A stretch of DNA of 63,586 bases, counting the filler, from Chrysochromulina tobinii (lineage: Eukaryota): the NCBI GenBank assembly GCA_001275005.1. It is 6 parts of 6 records of this genome, joined end to end, with 100 filler letters (N's around TTAATTAATTAA, not from the genome) between each part and the next. Parts side by side here need not be neighbours in the genome. Positions count along the whole stretch, not along the records: positions 17,692 to 32,391 come from JWZX01001264.1; positions 32,492 to 54,466 come from JWZX01001268.1; 4 more parts are not named here. One strand, given 5' to 3'. The translations under genes were made by a program, and so were the position numbers. The notes beneath the pieces were generated by a model, which worked only from the letters and a program-made list of their open reading frames with translations, had not been told where the DNA came from and searched no databases. This document shows, in pieces, positions 22,774-32,623 of this stretch; within the stretch, counting starts at the first letter, position 1, and the number at the start of each line of letters is the position of its first letter.

Positions 22774-23839
22774 TCGGCGTGGCTGTGCAAGCATCTTGGC
22801 GCTATCCTGCTGTCCGTTGAGGTGAGAGAGAACAGTCTGTTAGCTCTGTGCACGTTCTCACGCGCTGCATGCACTCGCGCCAATGACTAGCGCCGCGCGC
22901 ATTCACGGTGTTGAACGGGGGTTCTATTGAATATGCCTCGACTCTGTCGTCTGTGTTGTACATATTTAACACCGATATATGTCGACACGCGCAAAGCCAA
23001 ATAGGCAAACGCGCGGATGTCCGAAAAATTCGAAATATATAACGATAGTCGCAAAGTCGGTTGTCGTGCCAGCCGGTTCGAGAATGAAGCGGTTTGACGG
23101 AGTCGCGGGACTGGAAGTGCACACGTCTCTCGCGTCCCTGGTACCGACCAAGCTAACGCCGGACGCGGGTGTGACGAGCGGTACTATCTTGATAATTGTG
23201 TTGTCTAATTGTGTTAGAGGCGTAAACGTTCCAATCGAATTAACGTTCTATAACGGAATTCAAATTCGAAATTGCGAGTACATGAGTACGGTAGCCCGAA
23301 CGAGCAAGTACTCAGCACTTGTGTTGACCGAAGGGTGCGCTGAGCCAACCTTTTGGAGACGGTGGTGTGGTGAAATAGCGTGGGGCGGGACCGCGCACCG
23401 CGCGGTCGAGTGGTTCTAAGCTACATGTAAAGTAACTAAGTAAGGAGCTTGACGGGCAGCTGGGGGAAAGGACAGATGTGGGAGGAACTGTGGATGTACT
23501 GAACAAACATCTACATGTAACATGCAATCCTGTGTTTCGTTAAATGTCATCTCATGTGTATCGTCATACGGGGGAGAAGTGTGAGTCTCCGTGTGTCGAG
23601 TGTTCGAGTTCAGGAAAAATCTCTTCACGATTGCGCTCTTCTCTCTCTCTCTCTCTCTCAGCCAGGTCAGGTCGAACCGCTCTCGACCGCTGATAACATG
23701 AAGCTCCATGACTCAAAACCACAGGATACTTCCTAGCGGTGGAGTTATGTTTTGATGAAACGAGCAATCATGGCGGAAAAGAGAACGCGACTCACGAGCG
23801 AAGACGGGCGCGTCCGCCGAGACAAGACGATTTCGCGTT

Positions 23840-24912
23840 ATGAACACAGAGGACTGGGTCGAGTGGGCTACACGGCAGCGGCGAGCGATGAACCAGCGTG
23901 CGCGCGAGAGGCGTGAGGCCTTGCAAAAGGCTCTCCCTTGCGCGGCGCCGGCGCCGACGGCAGTGCGGCCACGTACTGCAGCCGCCCAGCCGCCCGCAGG
24001 CCCGACGCCGCTAGCGGAGCGCGAGTTGCCTCATGCAAAAGTTGCCGCCGCAGCTCGGCTTGCATCGGCGCGCTCTCAATTTTCGGCAGCCAGCCGCGCG
24101 GCCGCCGCCCGTCGGAGGGAGCATCAGGAGAAGCTGCTCGCCAGAGAGAAACGGACTCGGCAACTGGCGAACGCGGTGGCGCCACTGCCCGACCACACGT
24201 CAGCAGCACCGCCGCTGCTGCCACCGCTGCCGCCAACCCCAGAAGATTTCGAAGGCCCGGGCAGCGAGTCTCTCGAGGACCTGGCGCTGCCGCTGGACAT
24301 CCCGCTCGAGCTGTTGACGCACGCGCCGAGCAGAGACGAGAGTGCCGACGCGTCAGGTTCCGACAGCGACCGCCTCTCGGAAGCGCGCGCGCTCTCGGCT
24401 CTGCTCCTCGAAGCGAGCAACGAGCGACGCTCGAGCGGCGGCATGGCCAGCGATGACTCTCCGGACGCGCGCTCAACGCCGGCTTCATGGCTGCCGCTGC
24501 TGCCCTCGACCGAGGACAGTCGGGCCTCGATCTCCAGAGTGAGCTCACTCAACGCCATCGCCGACGCCGACGCCACTGGAGATGAGGGTGACGAGCTCGC
24601 TTCGGAGGAGGCGCGGGTGGCTACGGACGAGGCGGACCGACAATCGTGGCTTCGGAAGGCGCAGGCAAACAGGGCACAGTGGGAGGCAAGCACGCAGTTC
24701 CCGTCGCCGGCGGCGCAGGCGGGTGCAGAGGCGGTGGCGACCGGATTGGCGGCCGCTGAGGCGGCCATCGAGGCGGCTGTGGCGGCGCAAGATGAGGCGG
24801 CGGCGGACGCGCGCTGGGCGGCCGAGGTGCGGAGGCACGAGGAGCTGGAGGAGTTGGCTCCGACGGCGGCCGCAGGCACGTTGCCGCCGCCGATGACGAC
24901 GCCACCGCCGCC

Positions 24913-24944
<32 letters not shown>

Positions 24945-27607
24945 CGCAGCAGGCGATGGCGGCGGCAGCGGTGCGCGCGGCGCAGCAGCAGCAGTATGCG
25001 GCACAGCAGGCGATGGTTGCGGCGGCGGCGATGCACGTGGCGGTGGCGGAACGCGGGCGCCAGCTGCGCCAGGCACAAGAGCTACAGCTCACCCACGTCG
25101 CCCTCGCCTCGCAACGCCAACACGTCGCGACGAAGTTGGACGCGGCCTTCAGTGGACTTCGCGGGACGCCTAACCAGGCAGGCCCGCCGACGCTGCAGCA
25201 GCAAGCAGCTGCCGTCTCCACGGACAGCGATGTCGCCGCCTCCGCCACCTTTGCCCATGTGGCTCAGGTACTGGTACCCGGCCAAACGCTTCTTCCGAAT
25301 TCGACCCCGCTGCTCTCCACACGCCCCACGCGGCGCCGCACCCACTCACCCGCTGCGGGGGAGACGCCGTCCACGGGCGCCTCGAGCTCCGGCGGCCTCG
25401 CTGCTGGCCTCGGTCGCGGAGGGGCAGGGCGCTGGCCGGCGCCGCTGTTGAGATCACCTCTGCCAAAGCCCCCTCTTGCCACGGAGTACGTGACGCGCGC
25501 GATGCCCCCACCTGCGTCGCCATTGGCATTCCGCACTTCGTCGCGCGCGTCCCGTCATGCCTCCCACGACGACGCGTCGCGTACCGCCTCGCCGCCGGCG
25601 CGCACCGCGCCGTCGGCTGCGGCAGCGGCGCCAGCGTACATGCCAAAATCGCCATCGCGCCTCGGAGCCGCTGCGCCGCCATACTCGACGCTCAACACGA
25701 CGCTCAACACGACGCTCAACACGACGCTGTGCCAATTCTCAGCCGCGCCGCCTCCGGCGATGGTGCACTCGCCCAAGCCCATGCGACTGACGCCCTCGCG
25801 CTCCGCTCCCGCTGCCGTGCATCACGCTGTGTGGCACGCCGCCCCGGCGTATTCGGCGACCTTCGGCGGCCCGGTGGCGTTCTCCTTCGGCGCTCCGGCG
25901 CCCATTACGTTGGCACAATTCGAAGCTGCCAAATTCAATTTGGCACAGTTCGAAGCTGCCAAATCCATCTTCGGTGGATGGGCTCGGCCGCCCACCACGG
26001 CGCCTTTCATGTTTGCATGCGCATCACCCGTGCCAGCACCCGCGGCAGCGGCAGACTTCGACGATGAGGCAGTTGCGGCCTCCACCGCTGCCGCCATCAT
26101 CGCCCTCGCCCTCGTCGCTCTGGATGACTTTTTGGATGGGCGGCAACGTCCTGAGGCTGCCGCACGGCCTCCTCCGCAAGTGCCACCAAAGTGCTTGGCC
26201 AACGCAGGAAGGGAAGTGCGCACGGCTACGGTCTCGTTGCCGTCGAAGCTAACGAAGCCCTCGAGGGCTGAGAGCGCCATGCCGATTGCTGGGAGCCTTC
26301 CAAAACTGCCCAACCACCGTCCCACTGCCAAGCGTCCCCAGACGGTAAGCAACACGCCGGATGCCGGATGCCGAGGAGACGCCCCGGAGGAGACTCCCCG
26401 GATGCCGGATGCCGCAGAGGAGACGCCCGCACCCGGGGAGGCCACCCAAAGAGGCTTTCGGAGAGAAGGGGAAACTCGCGGGGGGCTCGTAGATGAAGCC
26501 TCCTCGTCCGTGCCACCTTCGTCCTTGCGACCCTCGTCCACCATGCCGCCAGAGACGCCCCGATTGTCCTCGATGGAATCCTCGTCCACACCTCGTTCAC
26601 AGCCAGCAGCGCTCCCTTTCGCTGCGCTCCACGCCTTACCTGCCTATGCGCGCTCTTCGCCTGCTTCGCCTGCTGCTCCCTCGCCGCCGCTCCCATCGTC
26701 ATCCGCATTCGTGCCCTGGGCTGGGCCCCTGATGACGCCGCTCATCCGGACGGCTTCGCCCGAGCTGCTCCCCCATCGTGCACCGCCGCCCTCATCGCCG
26801 CCGCCCGCAGGCACTTTGGACTCCGTGGACCGTACCACGACGGCGCTCTTGATCCGTACCACTCCACCCGTACTGCCGTCGTCGTCGTCGTCGCGGCGCG
26901 CCTCGTCGTCGAGGCAGACTCCGGTCATCGCCGTTGATCTGGTCGAAGACATTGCCATCTCCCGCTTCGTGGCCGCGGCGCAGCGATCCGCGCAGCCGCC
27001 GCCGCGGAGCTCCACATCCCCAGTGCTCGTGACGGGCTTGGCTCGAAGCTTGGCAGCGAGCGCCGACGCCTCGGCAGAGGCGGCGCTGACGTCGTCAGTG
27101 CTGCCGCCGCCGCAATCGACGACACGGCGCGCGCAGTCGACGCACCGCTTGATAGATATCAGCTGGGGCGTGCCTGTCGTGGAATATGGTGGCGGGGGCT
27201 GCGGCAGCGGCAGCGTCGTCGGTGGCGGCATCCGAGACGAGGGCTATGCCGCGCGCCATCGGACCTCCGTCGCGCTGCCCTCGGGCTCCTCTGCCCCTGC
27301 CCGACCGGTATCCCGACGTGTGAGCGCTGCATCGGAGGCGCCTTCGGTCCCTGCATCGCTGCCAGGAGCACCGCTGGCGCAGGCGCAGCCGACGTCTACG
27401 CGTGTGGGGCCGCGGGCCCCGCCGCCCCGTGCCGCCCCGGCGCCGGTAGTAGCAGCGGCCACGATGTCGCCGGCATCCCCCCATGCCACGTCTGGACGTG
27501 GAGCCTCCCGTCTGCAAGAGCTCCAAGGGCGCTTGAAGCGCATCCGCCAGGTGATCAATTCCGTTGGCGCGGCGGGAACTGATCAATTGACGTTTTCGGC
27601 CGTTTAA
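23840..27607 (+). CDS. Large low-complexity Ala/Pro/Ser-rich hypothetical protein
   Basis: 1255-aa uninterrupted ORF flanked by AT-richer DNA; no recognisable domain. Confidence 0.55.
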
Positions 27608-28384
27608 ACCCACGGTAATAGCATATAATAGAAACTTATTTATTACCTAAAGCGAAGGTACGCAGCCGTTGATTGACGCTGAAAGTTACGTAAAATCGAA
27701 AAAGCCGTAACGGCTAACGCCGTACGTGTACGGTAATCGGTATAGAGAATAGACCCGCGCAAGGGTATACCGCGCGTGCCCGGTACGAGAGCGTTAGTCG
27801 GCCGCGGGTTCGGTCGGCTCCGGCGGCGTCCTTAAGCGGCGTCCAGGCGTCGCAGGGGTCGTGGCGTGCTGGTGAGGTGGAGTCCTGCGAGTGCTACATG
27901 TATGGTGGGTCGGGTTGGTTGAGAGGGTTCGTCTGTGTGATCGTGTCCCCGGGTATCCGCGGCATCCGGCAACATCGTGCTGCTGCACACGACAGTTTTT
28001 AGATGCACAGACGACCATGTGTAAATGTAAATGTTTACACATATGATGCGACATGAACCATCAAAGCACGCGTACACTCCGTACAGCTACAGGCGAGGCG
28101 CCCATTCACTTACCATTCACTCGTGACTAACGCATCATGTACACCCGCCAAACGGCCGGGAGACCTCTCCGCATCTCCCCTTCCCCCTGGCCGGGCCTTT
28201 GGTAGCTCTGACGACATTCATCATTCTCTTCAAACCTTAATTGTTGGGGTCAAGCCGGGCAGCCAAACACGTTTTCAGCAAATGTCGGGCAGCCACACCC
28301 GTCGTCGTCGTATCGTCGTCGACCGAGATGCCCTTCTTGTCGAGCACCACCTCGCGCATGCCGGCAGCCCATCAGGGCGTCAGG

Positions 28385-29308
28385 CTATGCCATGCTGTTG
28401 ATGCTGCCCTTACCGTCCCCGCAGAGTGGGTCGATCATGCACGACGGGATGCTGCCGCTTTGCGCATCCTGAACGATCCTCTTCAAACCTTTACTCACCC
28501 ATGGCAGCGACTTGTTGACCCACACGTCGTTGCCACGCACGCGCATAACAAAGGTATAGCCCTGCTTGCTCAGCATGCGGCGTACACTTCCATCCTGCTT
28601 GCTGAGGACGTTGGTCATGCCAGGGCACTCGAGCTCGACGATTCCGACACCGAAGCCGAAGTCTGTCCAGTTGATGGTCTTGAGCACCCGGAGCTCCTGC
28701 TGCTCAACATCCAAAGAAAAAAGGTCTGCAAACTTCAAGCCGGCGATCCTGAGGAATTCGGAGAGCGGTCGACATGGCACAACGCTCGTCCGCATATGTT
28801 TGTGCTGGCTCATGGTAGTCGCAGACCAACTAGATGCGGTGCCCATGTCGACCGAGTGACCGACCGCGGATTCGGCCGTTCCCAGACCGCCGTGCGTGAA
28901 GGTCATGTTGCCGCCAAAGCTTGCATCACACACAGCACCGCACATGATCACATCGTTGTGCCGGTTCTGGCCTAGTCTTGGGCACAGGTCTGGTGTGGCC
29001 TCAATGAGCACCCCTCGCCAACCGAGGTGGGTGTAGAGCGCGTGCGTGTTGCTCATGGAATGGCCGTCGTTGGCACCAAGCTCGAGGTATGTTCGCCGTC
29101 TCCTCGAGCGGCCATGGTCGTTGGCAACAAAGTAGCGATGGAAGAAGAAATCCTCGCATTGCTGTCCCGTGTATGCGAGGTGTAGTGGAGACCATGGGGC
29201 TAGGAATGCATCGACCATGTTTCGCATCCCCGGCATCGTGATGGCAAATGGCATGGTGTGGCCAAATGTCTCCGTGTGGCCAAATGTGTAATGTCGGGTG
29301 ATGCGCAT
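28385..29308 (-). CDS. FkbM-family methyltransferase
   Basis: YLELGANDGHSMSNT...GWRGVLIEATP...DLFSLDVEQQELRVL. Confidence 0.88.
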   Translation of the reverse strand: MRITRHYTFGHTETFGHTMPFAITMPGMRNMVDAFLAPWSPLHLAYTGQQCEDFFFHRYFVANDHGRSRRRRTYLELGANDGHSMSNTHALYTHLGWRGVLIEATPDLCPRLGQNRHNDVIMCGAVCDASFGGNMTFTHGGLGTAESAVGHSVDMGTASSWSATTMSQHKHMRTSVVPCRPLSEFLRIAGLKFADLFSLDVEQQELRVLKTINWTDFGFGVGIVELECPGMTNVLSKQDGSVRRMLSKQGYTFVMRVRGNDVWVNKSLPWVSKGLKRIVQDAQSGSIPSCMIDPLCGDGKGSINSMA

Positions 29309-29432
29309 GCAAACATGAAAGCCGTGTTTTTGAACCGGAACCGTACTGGGATACCGGGATGTGTCCCGGCTCCCCCGGTGTCATTTTACCTCCCCCGCGC
29401 TCACCACACCTACGCGCCCCAATGTGATATGA

Positions 29433-31099
29433 GGGGTGGGGGAGTACGTGCACGCGCTCACGCGTGCGTTGCCTTGGGCCGGTGTGTGGCCTTCGGTCGG
29501 CCGAAGATGAGCGTCTGGGGACACGCTGGTGCACGGAGCGCGCCTGCCAAAGTTGCATGCATTTCATTCCTCAGACCCCTTTTTTGGAACCTATTGGATC
29601 GGTTTCGATTTTTCTGTTCAGACGCCAACGGCCTCACCTTTGTCTGCAATACATGTACCACGCACGTGCCCAGACGCTCGGCACGGCAACGCGCTTGTAG
29701 GCGACCGGAGCGGTGCGACGTCCGTGCCCACCGTCGACGAGCACGGCGATGCGCTCGATCACGGCGCCGAGCGTCGCCTTCCCCACGCCCGTCCCATGAC
29801 TGCTGACGCGACGCTCGTTTCCACGTGATCTGGTTTCAAGTTAGGTTTCAAGACGTCCAGATGACGGCGAGCGGGACGTTCGAGCCGGAAGGAGCGGCTC
29901 CCTAACTTCGGCGTGCGGTGACTCTCCCTGGAATCGCCGCGGCTCTGCGGTCGGCGCATCGGGCCGTGTTCATGAGGCTTCTGGCAAGCTGTGACAGGTG
30001 CTCCAGCCGCTGGACGCTCATTGAGTTGATGGACGCTCCAATTGTTGAGCGGCAAAGGCCGGACGAAACATCCAGCCGAGCTCGCCACCGTGGCTGCGCA
30101 AGCATCTGAGCCACGCACGTCTAGCTGCGGTAGCCGGCTTCCAGTAGCAAACCGTGAGTATAACTGTGGTACTGTGAGGGACCTACCGTCCTAGTAACGT
30201 TCTCCCGCAGTACCGTTAGTGCAGTTAGAGTAGATAGCTCTTCTTACTTGTGAACACGAAAACACGCCCGTCGTCACACTGAAAACCAATCACCCCCTGA
30301 ATACTCACACCACCACCGTCACCGCACCGTCTCGACGGACGGCTCCGAGTAACACCGTCTCGACGGACGGCTACGGCACTGTTACTGCCCGCTCAGAATA
30401 CACACACCGTGTGAACTATACGTCGGAAAGGGGTGGGGGAGTAAGTGCACGCGCTCACGCGTGCGTTGCCTTGGGCCGGTGTGTGGCCTTCGGTCGGCCG
30501 AAGATGAGCGTCTGGGGACACGCTGGTGCACGGAGCGCGCCTGCCAAAGTTGCATGCATTTCATTCACCACATCCCTTTTTGGTACCTATTGGATGTTTC
30601 TGTTTCGAGTTTTCGGTTTCAGACGCCCCTGCACCAAAATTCTCTCGAGACACTCAATGGACACTCTCAACTGCGCACCAGATGGCGCTTCCGTGCGCTC
30701 ACGGTCACCCTCACGCTCGCTCGAGGTCGCACCCCAACACCCACCCACCACGCCCATCCGTGTTACCGAGAGTCAAGAACTGGTCATGACCCCAGACGTT
30801 GTTACGCCCGTCGATACGAGCTGCCCGGGCTGCCTGGCTCCTACGAGGCGTCTGAAGCACACATGTACGAAGGCACGCAGCGAGAACAAGCGGCACACTT
30901 CTCCCTCCGTCGATTCCCGCCATGCCAAGCGCTCGGGCACAGGGTCCGCACCCGCTCTCACGGCAACTGAAGCAGTCCAAATTCCAGGCTCCTCTCGGTA
31001 ACTAAATAGATACAAGGGGTGGGGGAGTGAGTGCACGCGCTCACGCGTGGCGTTGCCTTGGGCCAGTGTGTGGCCTTCGGTCGGCCGAAGATGAGCGTC
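29433..31099 (+). repeat. Three dispersed direct copies of a hairpin-rich element (about 29433-29626, 30430-30628, 31016-31099)
   Basis: Shared GGGGTGGGGGAGT...GCACGCGCTCACGCGTG...CTTCGGTCGGCCGAAGATGAGCGTC; copies 1 and 2 match for a further ~100 bp. Confidence 0.9.
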
Positions 31100-31299
31100 G
31101 CCTTCTCAAAGGACGGCTCCGCACCCCTGTATAACCACGTTGAACGTTCCTCGAACCGAACCATCGACGGGATGTCGGGATCCTTTCATCTTACAATCAA
31201 GCTTACAATGTATCCACTTCTACCCAAAGCCTTATGTAGAAATCGATACCTTTTTTGAGTGACAAACCTATGTAGAGCTCTACCCGCTGGCGCTCCATG

Positions 31300-31873
31300 T
31301 CACGCATCGGTGTCCGTGTTCACCTCAACGACAAGATCCTTGCCCATGATCGTCAGCACCTTCACTTTGAGCGACTCGCCCTCGTCAAAGCGTTTCACGA
31401 GCTCCTCGCCGACAGCGTCCCAACCCAAGCTGTCCTCGCCACGGCTCAGCATCGCATCCTCCTTTGGCTCGCCATCTGCGGTCAGAAGCGACAGCGTGCC
31501 GTCGCTCTTGTCCACATCCATGAGCGAGAAATGGGCATAGGCGGTGAGCGGTACATCGATGCCGTGAAAGCCGGCCGTGCAATTGATCGTGTCATCGTAC
31601 TTTTTCCCGGTGAACACCTGAAGGAGCACGCGTGTATCGATCAATGCAACAGCATAAGTTTATGAGGGCAGCGAGCCTCCATTGGTCGTCGTTGGGGGGG
31701 TTCGCTTCTCGCACATTAAGTCCAATGAGCTGCACTCGCTTATTGCCGTTGGCCGTCGCCTTTGGCAGCTGTGTCACCTCCAATAGTCTGCACGGATTAC
31801 CTTTGATCATCGCGTACCCATTCTTCTTGAGCTCCTCGGGCTGCACCTTGGTCGTCGCGCCTTCTTCGACCAT
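31300..31873 (-). CDS. eIF5A-like protein lacking the hypusine motif (intron 31618-31714)
   Basis: LKKNGYAMIKGNPCRLLEV...VQLIGLN|VFTGKKYDD...IDVP...GTLSLLTADGEPKED...FDEGESLKVKVLTIMG aligns by eye along eIF5A. Confidence 0.85.
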
Positions 31874-32303
31874 TTCGTTGTGCGCGCACTTCGTCCCGCC
31901 GCTCGACGTCTTCGGCCTCCGCTGTGCAGGTGCAGGGGTGCGCCGCTCGAAGCTGGGGTGTGAAGTGGCGGACCCCGGGGTCGTTTTCTTCTAGGATTTC
32001 GTTTACATGTAGCGGTTTTATCGGACGCAACGAGGCATCGCATTCTCTGGTGCCGTCGGAACGATGTTCATTGTGTCATTAACCCCCCCCAGTCCCTGAT
32101 TAGAGGTGCAACGCGATACATGGCGCAAAGTTGGCGCGGGGGCCGCTGAGGACCCCCTGCATGCAGGTCCCTGTCGGGGGGCGACGATGCTTGGCGTGGA
32201 CTTGGCGCCGCGGGAGCCACTGAGGACCCCCTACATCATCACCAGCGCGCACACCCTCGACTCCGGCAAAGGCCCCTGCCTTGCCTGGTCGACCGCCTCA
32301 CGC

Positions 32304-32391
32304 TTAGAAGATGGTGGGGGGGGCGGCGCCGCCGAGGCCGCCGGTCGGGTAGAGGGCGTCGACGCCGAGGAGCTCGTGGACGAGGCAGCCG
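32304..32391 (-). CDS. Possible 3' end of a light-harvesting complex (LHC/FCP) gene, truncated by gap
   Basis: GCLVHELLGVDALYPTGGLGGAAPPTIF-stop resembles the end of LHC helix 3 (GxxxHE); only 28 residues are visible. Confidence 0.4.
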
Positions 32392-32491
32392 NNNNNNNNN
32401 NNNNNNNNNNNNNNNNNNNNNNNNNNNNNNNNNNNTTAATTAATTAANNNNNNNNNNNNNNNNNNNNNNNNNNNNNNNNNNNNNNNNNNNN

Positions 32492-32623
32492 AGAGGTCAT
32501 CAGAGGCAATCAGAGGTGCCATCCAACGAAACGTGCCCACCTGCATGCAATGAGGGAGGCAATCAGAGGTCATCAGAGGTCATCAGAGGTAATCAGAGGT
32601 GCCATCCAACGAAACGTGCCCAC
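32492..32623 (-). other. Repeat-cassette intron F (stacked, at least 2 units, runs into gap)
   Basis: GAG|GTGGGCACGTTTCGTTGGATGGCACC + 10-mer repeats + CTCCCTCATTGCATGCAG, then the same 26-bp exon copy and repeats again. Confidence 0.85.

Noticed and set aside
23639..23659. (CT)n microsatellite, also (AG)n near 53558-53575
   Set aside because: Ordinary short microsatellites.
29433..29570. HDV-like ribozyme or tRNA-derived SINE in the triple repeat
   Set aside because: I could not build the nested pseudoknot or find A/B boxes by eye; kept only as an unclassified repeat.
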